From Candidatus Hopanoidivoransaceae bacterium (GTDB taxonomy: Bacteria > Actinomycetota > Acidimicrobiia > Acidimicrobiales > Hopanoidiivorantaceae), in the NCBI GenBank assembly GCA_965204495.1, contig OZ241989.1, positions 828,300 to 892,299 of the forward strand: a stretch of 64,000 nucleotides of DNA, given 5' to 3'. A program made the position numbers and the translations under genes. The notes under the pieces were generated by a model that ran no database searches, was not told the DNA's origin, and saw nothing but the letters and a program-made list of their open reading frames with translations. Positions 10,253 through 20,764 of the stretch are shown in pieces (within the stretch, counting starts at the first letter, position 1; the number at the start of each line of letters is the position of its first letter).

Positions 10253-11896
10253 ATGACTAAGCCCCGCATCGCAATAGTAGGCGGAGGAATTGCCGGGCTT
10301 GTCGCCGCCTATGAGATTGCGAAAGACGGGGGTGCGGAAGCGGTGCTCTATGAAGCCAGTGGGCAAGTGGGCGGAAAGCTGCTCACAACTCCGTTTGCCG
10401 GCCGCATGGTAGACGAAGGTGCCGATGCCTTCATCACCCGCGTGCCGCACGCCATTGAACTCTGCGAAGAACTGGGGCTGGGCGATGAGCTAGTGGCACC
10501 AAGCACATCAAAAGCATTCATCTGGAACGGCGGCGCGCTGAAGCCTCTGCCGAAGTCGCAAGTGCTGGGCGTGCCATTGGACATTGAAGAGTTGCGTAGA
10601 AGTGGCTTGGTAAGCGAAGCAGGAACTGCGGCAGCCGAAGCAGATTTGAAGCGTGCTGAGGTGGAGGCTGAAGCCACCCTCGCTAAAAAGACTCTCATCG
10701 CAGCAGCTGAAGAAAACTTGAAGCGTGCTGAGTTCGCTGCGAGAGACAGCAAGCCAACTATGGGCGCAGCAGACATCGCAAGCGCAACAGAAACAACAGG
10801 CGCACCAAACACAGTAGGCGCATTGGTGCGACAACGGCTCGGAGACGAAATCGCCGAAAAGCTTGTGTTTCCGCTCATCGGCTCAATCAACGCCGGCAAC
10901 TGCGATTTGTTGGATCTCCAAACCACCGCGCCTCTGCTCGCAGAAGCAGCAGCTTCCAACCCCAGCCTTATCGCGGGGCTTCGCAACCTGCGACAGCAAG
11001 CACAGAGCAAAGCTTCGGCCAGCAAAGCTTCGGCCGATGAAGCGTCAATGGGCACAGCATCAGTCTTCTTGGCACCAAAATCAGGCATGGGCAAAATCAT
11101 TCAGCAGTTGGAGTCTCGCTTGAGCGAGCGAATTCGCCTGTCTTGCCGAGCGGCATCAGTTGAAAAACTCGGCATTCGCTTTTCTGACGGGCGAGCCTCT
11201 GAAAATTTTGACGCAATCGTGCTTGCCACGCCTTCATGGGCGGCGGCAGACTTGCTCGCCAAATCGCACTCTGAAACAGCAGCAATGATAAGCGATATTG
11301 ACTATGCATCTGTGGTTCTCGTGACTCTGGCTTTCAACTCCGACCACCCCGCCGACATAGAGTTTTCCGGCAGCGGTTTCCTGGTACCAGCCAGCGAGGA
11401 TCTGACTATCACCGCCTGCTCGTGGGCATCGTCAAAATGGGAACATCTGCGGGGCGATCAAACGGGACGCAAAAACGCCAGCCGAGACACTATTAGCCAA
11501 ACCATTGCCAGCCAAGCCACTGCAACAGGCAAGAAGCCATCGCGATCTGAATCACAAAGCAACACCATCTTGCGAGTCTCGCTAGGACGGCACGGCGACG
11601 ATGCAATAGCCTCAGCAGATGACGAACGCATCATCGCCACAGTGCTCGCCGACCTAGAACAAACTATGGGTATCACAGCCCAGCCCTTGGAAACACGCAT
11701 ATCGCGCTGGCCTCGCTCGTTCCCGCAATATGCCCCCGGACACAGCAAACAAGTCGCAAAAGCCGAATCACTGCTCGCCCCTGATGGCATATTCCTGGCT
11801 GGAGCCGGCTATCACGGCATCGGCGTGCCCGCCTGCATCGCATCTGGCCGCAACGCCGCCCATGCCGCTCTTTGCCATGTGGGAGCAGCACAATGA
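10253..11896 (+). CDS. hemG: Coproporphyrinogen/protoporphyrinogen oxidase (HemY/HemG), with low-complexity insertions
   Basis: IAIVGGGIAGL FAD motif, VDEGADAF, ITACSWASSKW, RWPRSFPQYAPGH, GIGVPACIASG. Confidence 0.92.
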   Translation: MTKPRIAIVGGGIAGLVAAYEIAKDGGAEAVLYEASGQVGGKLLTTPFAGRMVDEGADAFITRVPHAIELCEELGLGDELVAPSTSKAFIWNGGALKPLPKSQVLGVPLDIEELRRSGLVSEAGTAAAEADLKRAEVEAEATLAKKTLIAAAEENLKRAEFAARDSKPTMGAADIASATETTGAPNTVGALVRQRLGDEIAEKLVFPLIGSINAGNCDLLDLQTTAPLLAEAAASNPSLIAGLRNLRQQAQSKASASKASADEASMGTASVFLAPKSGMGKIIQQLESRLSERIRLSCRAASVEKLGIRFSDGRASENFDAIVLATPSWAAADLLAKSHSETAAMISDIDYASVVLVTLAFNSDHPADIEFSGSGFLVPASEDLTITACSWASSKWEHLRGDQTGRKNASRDTISQTIASQATATGKKPSRSESQSNTILRVSLGRHGDDAIASADDERIIATVLADLEQTMGITAQPLETRISRWPRSFPQYAPGHSKQVAKAESLLAPDGIFLAGAGYHGIGVPACIASGRNAAHAALCHVGAAQ

Positions 11897-12017
11897 GCCT
11901 CAACCCCGGCAGCCCTTCCCCACAGTTCTCGCATTCCGCCCCTTTCATGCATCAGTGCCGCACAATGAGACTCAACCTCCGCAGCCCCTCCCCAACCCAA
12001 GCACCGAAGGCAACGCG

Positions 12018-13586
12018 ATGAGCAGCACTTTTGCCGGCCTCAGCGGGATATATCGCCCTAACGACAACGCGCCTCGGCAATCCACCTTCTGGCTCGGGCT
12101 GCTTGCCTCTGCTCTCTGCGGCCTGCTCGTCGCCTTGTCGGTGCCGCCTTGGGGTTTCTGGCCGCTCGCATTCCTCGGAGTGGCCGGCATGGACTTCCTC
12201 TTGGACAACCAGCGCGCCCGTGTCCGCCTAGCGAGAGGCAGCTTCATCGCAGCAGGCTGGCTTTTCCCTTCCATGATCTGGATGTGGGACTTTTCCCCAA
12301 TGGGCTACATAGCCGCAGGTGTAGGATTTTCGCTGTTCTACGGCGTGGCAGGAGTGCTGTGCCCGCCCGATAGAAAGCTCCGCGGGCTGGCCTTGCCTGC
12401 TCTGCTGGTGCTGGTCGGCTATCTTCGCTGGCGATGGCCTTTCGGCGGGGTGCCGCTCTCCACTTTGGCGATGAGCCAAGCAGGATCGCCGCTGCTTGAA
12501 ACGAGCAGAATTTTCGGCTCGCTTTTCATAGTCTGGTTGGTGGGCTTGGGAGGCGTGAGCATCGCTGCGATAATCCGCCGCGACTGGTGGATTGCCGCTG
12601 TCGGGCCGGTGGTGCTAGCTTTGGCAGCCAGCTTAGCCCCTCTAGCACCCACAGCGCGTGCCACCGACACGATTCGCATAGCCCTCGTTCAAGGCGGCGG
12701 GCCGCAGCGCACCAGAGCCGAAACCACAGATTTCGCTGTAGTCTTGGGGGCGCACCTGGATGCCACAAGCGAGCTGGTTCAGCCTCCAGTGGATCTTGTG
12801 GTTTGGCCCGAAAATGTGGTGGATGTGGAGGGGACTTTCGGGCCGACCACCCCTCAAGCCGCCCAGATCGCAGATGTGGCCGAAGCGGTCGGCGCGCCCA
12901 TAGTGGCAGGCGTGATTGAAGACGCCGACGAAGACTCGTTCAACAACTTCAGCATCGTCATCACGGAAAATCGCGAGTTCGGCGACCGCTACGACAAAGT
13001 GCACCGAGTGCCTTTCGGAGAATATGTGCCCCTGCGCTGGCTGGTTGAGCCGTTCGCCCCCGACTTCTTGCCCGACCGCGAAGCCGTGGCTGGCACCGGG
13101 CCTGCCATTCTGGAAATACCCGGCGCAGCCAACGGGGAAGACTTGACAGCGGGCATAGTCATATCTTGGGAAATATTCTTTGAGCACCGAGTGCGCGATG
13201 CCGTGAACAACGGCGGTCAGATCGTCTTGAATCCCACCAACGGCTCTTCCTACTGGCTCACCATCGTTCAGTCGCAGCAGGTCGCCAGCAGCCGACTGCG
13301 AGCCATGGAAACCGACCGCTATGTGCTGCAAGCAGCCCCCACAGGCTTCACAGCCGTAGTCGCCCCCAACGGCAATGTGCAAGAACGCACCGCAGTCAGC
13401 GAACAGCGCGTCATCCACGCCGATGTAGAACTCCGTGAAGGCAAAACCCTGCCCGTCCGCCTAGGCCCCTGGCCCGCCCTAGGCATAGCCTTGATCACCT
13501 TCGCCTACCCCGGCACCCGCCACCTCCAAAACCGCCGCACCAAAAACCGCACCCAACTAGGCTTCCAGTTTTCCAGTCGGCGATAA
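12018..13586 (+). CDS. lnt: Apolipoprotein N-acyltransferase
   Basis: TM N-terminus, WPFGGVP, LVVWPE, YDKVHRVPFGEYVP, ISWEIFF, PTNGSSY, LRAMETDR. Confidence 0.93.
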   Translation: MSSTFAGLSGIYRPNDNAPRQSTFWLGLLASALCGLLVALSVPPWGFWPLAFLGVAGMDFLLDNQRARVRLARGSFIAAGWLFPSMIWMWDFSPMGYIAAGVGFSLFYGVAGVLCPPDRKLRGLALPALLVLVGYLRWRWPFGGVPLSTLAMSQAGSPLLETSRIFGSLFIVWLVGLGGVSIAAIIRRDWWIAAVGPVVLALAASLAPLAPTARATDTIRIALVQGGGPQRTRAETTDFAVVLGAHLDATSELVQPPVDLVVWPENVVDVEGTFGPTTPQAAQIADVAEAVGAPIVAGVIEDADEDSFNNFSIVITENREFGDRYDKVHRVPFGEYVPLRWLVEPFAPDFLPDREAVAGTGPAILEIPGAANGEDLTAGIVISWEIFFEHRVRDAVNNGGQIVLNPTNGSSYWLTIVQSQQVASSRLRAMETDRYVLQAAPTGFTAVVAPNGNVQERTAVSEQRVIHADVELREGKTLPVRLGPWPALGIALITFAYPGTRHLQNRRTKNRTQLGFQFSSRR

Positions 13587-13625
13587 TTCGCACTCTTATA
13601 ACTATTTGGTGTAAACTCTGAATTT

Positions 13626-15299
13626 ATGGCAGACACAGACCTATACAGCAAGACACATCCGCATCTGCCTGGGATGAGTTCACTTTCCGTATCCGAGGCA
13701 AGTGAGCAAACAGCTTCAGAGGCTATGACTATTCCGCAAGCCAGTCTCTGGGCATCCCAAAAAACAGGCCAAACTGTCACCCCGTCAAACATATCGTACC
13801 TTATAAAATACGACAGAATTCCTCACCAAAAGGAAAACGGTGCCACAACTGTTTCAATCTATGATTTGGAAAAATACTACTCAAGCAGACTTGGATCAAG
13901 AGAACTGGCATATAAAAGAAGACTTGGCGATGACATTAATTGGCACCTTTCCTTTGACCAGTACAAGGAAGCAGAGACAACAAAACATGTTCATCGCATT
14001 CATCCGTACAAAGGCAAGTTCATTCCCCAATTGGTGGAATATTTTCTAGATTCTCACACTGATGAATACAAAGAAATAGCTTGTTTCTCTGAAGGGGACA
14101 TAGTGCTAGACCCATTTTGCGGTAGCGGAACAACTTTAGTGCAATCCAATGAATTGGGGCTACATGCTGTAGGTATTGACATATCAATGTTCAATTCAAT
14201 GATCAGCAATCTTAAACTCAAAGAATATGATATTTCTCAATTGTCCATGGCTGCAGCCAAGATTGAAAAGTCTATTGAAGCTAATTCAGCAGGAATAGTG
14301 GCGCGTCAATTTGAAATTTCACTTCTTGCGGAGTTGAAAAAATATAACTCAATTTATTTTCCTGCTCCTGGATTTAGAAAAAGAGTGAGACTAGGTGAAA
14401 TTGATGAAAAATCCTATGCTGAATCTTGTCAACAAGAATTTTTAGAGGAATTTTATTCTCTACTTGATCAATATTCTGTGAGCAACGAAATAAACAGCGA
14501 CACAGGAGGATTTATCAATAATTGGTATCTTGAACCTGTAAAATCAGAAATTGACTCTGCTCTGCGAGAGATAGATAGAATAGCTGATGCCGACTTGCGA
14601 GACATTCTGAGATTGATCTTAAGTCGAACGGCTAGATCAGCTCGGGCAACCACTCATTTTGATCTAGCCACATTGATTACTCCAGTCAATGAGACATATT
14701 ATTGTCCCAAACACAGTAAAATTTGTAAACCGCTCTTCTCTATGCTGGGATGGTGGAAACGCTATGCCAAAGATACGATACAAAGATTAAATGAATTCAG
14801 TGAAATTCGAACTAAAACCAAACAACTATGCTTGACTGGAGATTCCCGAACAATTGACATTTTTTCAGCCGTTCAGGAAGAAGGCAAAGAGTTTGGCGAG
14901 ACAGTAAAAAACAATAAGATAAGGGGAATCTTCACAAGCCCTCCGTATGTCGGAGTAATTGATTACCATGAGCAACATGCCTACGCCTATGAGATGTTCA
15001 ATTTCCCCAGAAGGGACAGTTTTGAGATAGGGCCAATGAGTGCTGGAAACAATAAAGCTGCACAGACCGCCTATGTAGAAGGCATTTCAGATGTGCTATT
15101 AAACTGTAAGCAGTATCTCGTCGAAGATTTTGATATATTTATTGTAGCTAATGACAAAAATGAACTTTATTCTGAAATTGCAAAAAAGTCTGGACTAATG
15201 ATATGCCAAGAATACAAACGCCCCGTGCTGAACAGAGCAGAAGGCAACAAGGGAAAGTATGGGGAATCAATTTTTCACATGAAAAGGAGTGACAAATGA
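13626..15299 (+). CDS. Type II DNA amino-methyltransferase (probably m4C) with N-terminal HTH
   Basis: HRIHPYKGKFIPQL, motif I DPFCGSGTT, motif IV TSPPY; low GC. Confidence 0.9.
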   Translation: MADTDLYSKTHPHLPGMSSLSVSEASEQTASEAMTIPQASLWASQKTGQTVTPSNISYLIKYDRIPHQKENGATTVSIYDLEKYYSSRLGSRELAYKRRLGDDINWHLSFDQYKEAETTKHVHRIHPYKGKFIPQLVEYFLDSHTDEYKEIACFSEGDIVLDPFCGSGTTLVQSNELGLHAVGIDISMFNSMISNLKLKEYDISQLSMAAAKIEKSIEANSAGIVARQFEISLLAELKKYNSIYFPAPGFRKRVRLGEIDEKSYAESCQQEFLEEFYSLLDQYSVSNEINSDTGGFINNWYLEPVKSEIDSALREIDRIADADLRDILRLILSRTARSARATTHFDLATLITPVNETYYCPKHSKICKPLFSMLGWWKRYAKDTIQRLNEFSEIRTKTKQLCLTGDSRTIDIFSAVQEEGKEFGETVKNNKIRGIFTSPPYVGVIDYHEQHAYAYEMFNFPRRDSFEIGPMSAGNNKAAQTAYVEGISDVLLNCKQYLVEDFDIFIVANDKNELYSEIAKKSGLMICQEYKRPVLNRAEGNKGKYGESIFHMKRSDK

Positions 15300-16162
15300 C
15301 AGTTGACATGAGCAAGGTAGAGGAACTGATTGAGCTTAAACTAATGAGTTGGCTCAATGTCAAAAGGGACTCACAAATCTTGCAGCCTGCAGACATGCTA
15401 TTTCAAAGACTTCTAGTAGGAAGTAAGAGAGTGGCACTGAGTTCAATCGTCCATTCGCTGTCAACAATGTTCGGCATGTCAATCTACGAACAAATCGCCA
15501 AGCAAATATCGCTTGACTCGGGCAAATACGAAACTGTTGAAAGTCAGTACAGCATTGGAAACGAGCTATACACAAACGCCCAAAATGAAATTACTGATAT
15601 TTGCAATCAAATATCCACAGAAGAGATTCAAGCAAACCACCACGAAGAGGTGAGAAGAATTATCAATGCGTCATCAACAGATTCAGGTATCAACAAAAAG
15701 GATGTTCTCAAAGTGGATTTACTTTTGATAAATTCTGATGATGGAATTGTTTACCTGTTTGACCTAAAAACTGCTAAGCCCAATAAACTGAATTTTAGCT
15801 CATATAAACAAATGCTGCTTGAATGGGTTGCAGCATACATTTGTGAAAATAGATCAACCACTGATTGGAATGCCAGTGACTGGGATATAAGGGCAAGCGT
15901 AGCAATACCCTATAACCCGAATTATCCAGATGACTACAATTGGTGGACGCTTAGAATGCTGGACAAGAACCAAATTATGGTGGGTGCTGACTTCTGGAAT
16001 TACATAGCTGGAGACGAGAGCGCATTTTCTGAATTGATAGATTGTTTTACAAGAGTCAGCGAAAGACTGAGTCCTATGCTTGAAAGCTATCTTGCTGAGG
16101 TAGAAGAGCAGTATGACGAATTTGATGACACTTACCCAGTGCAAGACATTTTTCTCGCCTAA
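15296..16162 (+). CDS. TdeIII/MjaII-family type II restriction endonuclease
   Basis: HSLSTMFGMSIYEQIA, KVDLL...YLFDLKTAKPN, AIPYNP, MVGADFWNYIAG; ATGA overlap with the MTase. Confidence 0.82.
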   Translation: MTVDMSKVEELIELKLMSWLNVKRDSQILQPADMLFQRLLVGSKRVALSSIVHSLSTMFGMSIYEQIAKQISLDSGKYETVESQYSIGNELYTNAQNEITDICNQISTEEIQANHHEEVRRIINASSTDSGINKKDVLKVDLLLINSDDGIVYLFDLKTAKPNKLNFSSYKQMLLEWVAAYICENRSTTDWNASDWDIRASVAIPYNPNYPDDYNWWTLRMLDKNQIMVGADFWNYIAGDESAFSELIDCFTRVSERLSPMLESYLAEVEEQYDEFDDTYPVQDIFLA

Positions 16163-16248
16163 GTCTTCATTACTCCTGCCACCCATGTCTATGTAAGTCT
16201 GTGCGCCACTGACAAAATATTTGTGCGTGGCGATAGCCTTAAGCACTT

Positions 16249-17532
16249 ATGCGCATAGCTCTTTTGACTTATCGGGGGAAGCCTCATGTGGGGGGGCAGG
16301 GGGTGTATGTGCGGGCTTTGAGCAAGGCTCTTTGCGACTTGGGGCATCATGTGGAGGTTTTTTCGGGGCAGCCTTATCCTGTGCTGGATTCTCGTGTGCG
16401 GCTTCACGAGCTGCCTAGCTTGGACATCTTCAACGACCTTTACCCAGCTCGGCTGCCGGGCTTTTGGGAGATCAAGACTTTGAGCGACGCGGCGGAGCTG
16501 GGCGGGTTTTTGACTGGGGCGTTTTCAGAACCTATGGCTTTCAGCTTGCGGGCATACTTCGCCCTCAAAGACCGCATCGGCGAATTCGACCTGGTGCACG
16601 ACAATCAATGTCTCGGCTACGGCCTGCTAGCCATTGAAAACGCCGGGCTGCCTGTGCTGGGCACTATTCACCATCCCATCACTGTGGATCGCCGATTGGA
16701 AGTCACCCATGCTCGGCGCCCTCTGGAGCGGTTCGCCAAGAGCCGCTGGTATTCTTTCACTGCCATGCAGACCAGAGTGGCGCAGCGGCTGCAACGGATA
16801 CTCACCGTCTCGCAGTCTTCGCACGAAGACATCTGCCGAGACCACAAGATTTCGCCAGAGAAGCTCGTGGTGGTGCCTGTGGGCGTGGATCCCGATGTCT
16901 TTCGCCCGCTCGCGGGAGTAGCCCGTGAGCCGGGGCGGATCATCACCACGACCTCTTCAGATGTAGCCATGAAAGGGCTGCGCTATCTTCTGGAAGCTGT
17001 CGCCGAGCTGCGCCGTGAGCGAGACATCAAGCTCTGGGTGATCGGCAAGCCCAAGGAAGGCGGCACGGTTGCTCGCACGATAGACAAGCTAGCCATTGGC
17101 GACATCGTGGAATTCGTATCGGGCGTGCCGGAAGAGCGGATTGTGGAGATGTACGCCCAAAGCGAAGTCGTGGCGGTGCCTTCGCTCTATGAGGGCTTTT
17201 CGCTGCCAGCTATTGAGGCGATGTCTTGTGCTGCGCCGCTCGTCACTACCACTGGCGGGGCACTGCCAGAAGTGGTTGGACGACATAACGAGACGGCGTT
17301 TCTCGTGGAGCCGGGCGATGCTGCTGCGCTCGTCAAGATGATCCGCCATGTCATGGACTCGCCTGAGCTAGCCGCCGAGGTCGGCTTGGCAGGGCGCGAA
17401 CGGGTGGCGACACGCTGGAGTTGGCAGCACACCGCCCAACGCACTGAGGCGCAGTATCAACAGCTGCTTGAGAACTGGCAGCAGCCTCGCCATTCCATAG
17501 CAGACAGCATCCTGCGTTCTGTCGGCCTCTGA
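16249..17532 (+). CDS. GT4 glycosyltransferase, ManT-like (MMP mannosyltransferase)
   Basis: MRIALLTYRGKPHVGGQGVYV, DLVHDNQCLGYG, PSLYEGFSLPAIEAMSC; cluster context. Confidence 0.8.
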   Translation: MRIALLTYRGKPHVGGQGVYVRALSKALCDLGHHVEVFSGQPYPVLDSRVRLHELPSLDIFNDLYPARLPGFWEIKTLSDAAELGGFLTGAFSEPMAFSLRAYFALKDRIGEFDLVHDNQCLGYGLLAIENAGLPVLGTIHHPITVDRRLEVTHARRPLERFAKSRWYSFTAMQTRVAQRLQRILTVSQSSHEDICRDHKISPEKLVVVPVGVDPDVFRPLAGVAREPGRIITTTSSDVAMKGLRYLLEAVAELRRERDIKLWVIGKPKEGGTVARTIDKLAIGDIVEFVSGVPEERIVEMYAQSEVVAVPSLYEGFSLPAIEAMSCAAPLVTTTGGALPEVVGRHNETAFLVEPGDAAALVKMIRHVMDSPELAAEVGLAGRERVATRWSWQHTAQRTEAQYQQLLENWQQPRHSIADSILRSVGL

Positions 17533-17642
17533 ACACCTAGCAGCCAAACACTCAACCGCCAACACTTATTCCCCGAACACCCTGCAACCAAAGCACTCCG
17601 CCACCAACACTTATTCCCCGAACACCCTGCAGCCAAAGCACT
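17532..17642. repeat. About 46-bp tandem repeat, roughly 2.5 copies
   Basis: ccaacacttattccccgaacaccctgca(a/g)ccaaagcact repeated. Confidence 0.85.
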
Positions 17643-17646
17643 AACA

Positions 17647-18357
17647 ATGCTCACAGTTGACTACGACCGACTCGGCCTGAACGAAGACGACATTCTGCTC
17701 GACCTCGGTTGCGGTTTCGGGCGACACGCCTACGGCGCGCTAGCACGAGGGGCAAGGGTGATAGCCTGCGATCTTTCTCTGCCAGAGCTAACAGACATCC
17801 GCCACACCGTTGCTGCCATGCATCTAGCCGGAGAGCTGCCTGAGCACCGCACAGTCGGGCTGGCCGAAGGCGATGCCACTCGGCTTCCCTTTCCCGACGG
17901 CACATTCACAAAGATCGTTGCCTCAGAGGTGCTGGAGCACATCCATGATGACGCTGATGCCTTAGCGGAACTCGTCCGCGTGCTGAAGCCGGGCGGCACT
18001 TTGGCAGCGACCGTGCCAGCCCAGTTTGCCGAACGCATCTGCTGGGCACTGGACGACGGCTATCACGCTCCCAAAGCCGAAGGCGGTCATGTGCGCATCT
18101 ATTCGCAAGACGAACTGGAGCGCAAGATGATTGCCGCCGGGCTGGCACCCATTGACAGCCACAAAGCCCACGCTCTGCATTCGCCGTATTGGTGGCTGCG
18201 CTGTGGCATCGGCGAAGACAGAGCCATCTGCAAGGCTTACCACCGCTTCCTCTGCTGGGACATTGAGCACAACTCGGCATTAGTGCGCTTTGCGGAGAAC
18301 GCTCTCAACCCTCTAATCGGCAAAAGCCTCGTGGTCTACGCCCGCAAACTCGGCTAG
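17647..18357 (+). CDS. Class I SAM methyltransferase, putative MMP 3-O-methyltransferase (MeT3-like)
   Basis: MLTVDYDRLGL, LDLGCGFGRHA, SEVLEHI, GGHVRIY, HALHSPYWWLRC, IGKSLVVY. Confidence 0.75.
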   Translation: MLTVDYDRLGLNEDDILLDLGCGFGRHAYGALARGARVIACDLSLPELTDIRHTVAAMHLAGELPEHRTVGLAEGDATRLPFPDGTFTKIVASEVLEHIHDDADALAELVRVLKPGGTLAATVPAQFAERICWALDDGYHAPKAEGGHVRIYSQDELERKMIAAGLAPIDSHKAHALHSPYWWLRCGIGEDRAICKAYHRFLCWDIEHNSALVRFAENALNPLIGKSLVVYARKLG

Positions 18358-18558
18358 CCAATCTGCTTCGGGGCAATCGACCAAGATAAATAACCTGCTC
18401 TTCGCAAGACAAGCTCACTTGTGGCAGTCATCTTGCTGCAGCCAGATTCCGAGACCGGCAAATCTTCTGGCACACTGGCCCCAGCTAACTTGCTGCAGTC
18501 AAAAAGGAATCACAAGGCGCGATTGTTGCTGCAACAAGATAGCTTAAAAAGCTGGACT

Positions 18559-19824
18559 ATGAACAGACCAGCCACAGCTTCCTACACCTCCGCGCCGCAG
18601 CAGATCGATACCCAGGCTGCTGCCCTGTCGCCGGCAGAGGTAGTCGCCACCGCTACGACAATCGCTGAAACCCAGCTTTCCAGCGGGCTGATCCCTTGGT
18701 TTGACGGCGGCCACGCCGACCCTTGGAACCACACCGAGGCTGCTATGGCACTGACTGTCGGAGGGTTTTTCGCCGAAGCACAAAAAGCCTACGACTGGCT
18801 CGCTGCCGAACAGCTGCCGAGTGGTGCATGGCACCAGTACTACTGGGCCGACCCCGCCAGAAGCACAGCAGGGAGTGCCAAAGGCACGGCTAAAGATACA
18901 AGAGGCAAAACAGCAGAAGCCAAACCCGCCCCCAGAAGCCCTTTTGCAAGGGGCACCGCCAGAGGCGCAAAAATTGGCGCAAAAACTGCTGTCAAAGACG
19001 ACAAGCTAGACACCAACTGTGTGGCCTATATTGCCACAGGCGTTTGGCACTACTTCCTCTCCACTGGCGACCGAGGCTTTTTGGAAGAACTTTGGCCAGT
19101 CGTGCACAATGCCATTGAATTCGTCTGCGATGCTCAAACTCCCAGAGGCGAAATCCACTGGGCACGCCACGCCGACGGCAAATACTGGCCCTTCGCATTG
19201 CTCACGGGCTCTTCCAGCATCAGCCACAGCCTTGAATGCGCTCTCAAGCTGGCATCGGCAATCGGCGAGGAACGCCCTCGCTGGCAAGAAGCCCAAGATC
19301 GTCTCCGCCCCGTTATCGCCAAAGTGCCGGAAGCTTTTGCTCCGAAAAAACGCTGGGCGATGGACTGGTATTACCCCGTTCTCTCAGGCGCGCTCACCGG
19401 GCAAGAGGCTCGCAAGAGGCTGCGAGAAGGCTGGGAGAAGTTCGTAATGGAAGGCAAAGGCGTGCGTTGCGTGGCCGACAAAGAATGGGTCACGGCAGCC
19501 GAGACAGCAGAATGCGCCATTGCCCACTTCATAGCAGGCGAGGCAGAAACCGCTAAAGAACTGCTCGGATGGACGAACCACCTCCGAGCCAGCGACAACC
19601 GCTATTGGACCGGCATGGCATATCCCGACCGAGTGCACTTCCCCGCTGAAGAAAAAACGACCTACACTGCCGCAGCGGTAATCCTGGCAGCAGATGTGAT
19701 AGGGGCAGATGGCGATGTGGCAGAAGCAGACGACTTAGACAGCACCAGCAGCGACACCAGCAGCGGCAAAAAGAGCACTGCTTGGCAGGCCGGCACAACT
19801 CGTCAAATCTGGCTGCCGCTCTGA
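18559..19824 (+). CDS. (alpha/alpha)-barrel hydrolase, MmpH-like (family often annotated prenyltransferase/squalene-oxidase repeat)
   Basis: IPWFDGGHADPWNHTEAAMAL, AYIATGVWH, ALLTGSSS, MDWYYPVL, WVTAAETAEC, YWTG. Confidence 0.75.
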   Translation: MNRPATASYTSAPQQIDTQAAALSPAEVVATATTIAETQLSSGLIPWFDGGHADPWNHTEAAMALTVGGFFAEAQKAYDWLAAEQLPSGAWHQYYWADPARSTAGSAKGTAKDTRGKTAEAKPAPRSPFARGTARGAKIGAKTAVKDDKLDTNCVAYIATGVWHYFLSTGDRGFLEELWPVVHNAIEFVCDAQTPRGEIHWARHADGKYWPFALLTGSSSISHSLECALKLASAIGEERPRWQEAQDRLRPVIAKVPEAFAPKKRWAMDWYYPVLSGALTGQEARKRLREGWEKFVMEGKGVRCVADKEWVTAAETAECAIAHFIAGEAETAKELLGWTNHLRASDNRYWTGMAYPDRVHFPAEEKTTYTAAAVILAADVIGADGDVAEADDLDSTSSDTSSGKKSTAWQAGTTRQIWLPL

Positions 19825-20020
19825 GCACTGCCCTGCCTTTGCTTGCTACGATAAGCCTTGCGACTGGCTCTCTCCAGGAAACATCTGCCGCTTTGTGAGC
19901 ACTGCCCTGCCTTGCTTGCCACCCTGCTAGAAACTGCTTCTCCTCTCTGCCAAACCGTGTCTACAGAGCAATAAGTGCTTTTGCAAAAAACTAGCCAGCC
20001 GGGTGCCTAGCCTAAAACTT

Positions 20021-20644
20021 CTAGCCTGCCATCTTACGAAGCACTCTCAGGGAGCCTGTGGCTGAAACTTCCTCAAACTCTCCTGATTCCATAGCTCGGC
20101 ACCAAATTTCATAAGGAGGGCGACCGCCGTCTGCGGAGTCGGGGAAGACATCGTGGATGGCTAGGATGCCGCCGCCGGCCACATGGGGTGACCAGCCTTC
20201 GTAGTCGGCGTGGGCTGGGGCTTCGCCGTGGCCGCCGTCTATGAATAAGAACGCCAGCGGTGTCTGCCAAGCTGCTGCCACTTTGGGAGAGTCGCCCACC
20301 ACTGCCACCACATGGTCTTCCAGACCGGCATCGTGGATGGCGCGGCGGAAGTGCGGCAGCGTGTCTAGCTTGCCGATTTCGGGATCCACTAGGTCGGGTT
20401 CGTGGTGTTCCCAGCCTGCTTGGTTTTCTTCTGAACCCCTGTGATGGTCTACTGCAAACAGCAAAACGCCCCGCTTGGCGGCGGCAGAGCCGATGTAGAT
20501 CGCCGACTTGCCGCAATAGCTGCCTACCTCTAAGAACGGGCCGACTGAAGGCGCGCTCAACGCGGCTTCATACAAGGCCAAGCCCTCGTCAGGCGGCATG
20601 AAACCCCGGGCGCTTTCGGCTGCTGCTAGGTGATGCGGATTCAT
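20021..20644 (-). CDS. Methyltransf_24 SAM methyltransferase, MeT1-like (MMP 1-O-methyltransferase)
   Basis: GFMPPDEG, EVGSYCGKS, VDHHRGSEENQAGWEHH, FLFIDGGH, IHDVFPD..DGGRPP, GSLRVL, matching recalled mycobacterial MeT1 motifs. Confidence 0.85.
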   Translation of the reverse strand: MNPHHLAAAESARGFMPPDEGLALYEAALSAPSVGPFLEVGSYCGKSAIYIGSAAAKRGVLLFAVDHHRGSEENQAGWEHHEPDLVDPEIGKLDTLPHFRRAIHDAGLEDHVVAVVGDSPKVAAAWQTPLAFLFIDGGHGEAPAHADYEGWSPHVAGGGILAIHDVFPDSADGGRPPYEIWCRAMESGEFEEVSATGSLRVLRKMAG

Positions 20645-20764
20645 AGCAGGTTCTGAGCGGATGGGGCGACGAGGCAGAGGACAAACGAGTGGTGCGGGTT
20701 TAAAACAGATCTCTCACTGCCTCATGTGTCGCATCAGCAGACGGTGTCATCCCAGGTTTTGCTG

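Noticed and set aside
17532-17642. Possible mini-CRISPR array
   Set aside because: These are tandem copies with no unique spacers and no cas genes; a simple duplication.
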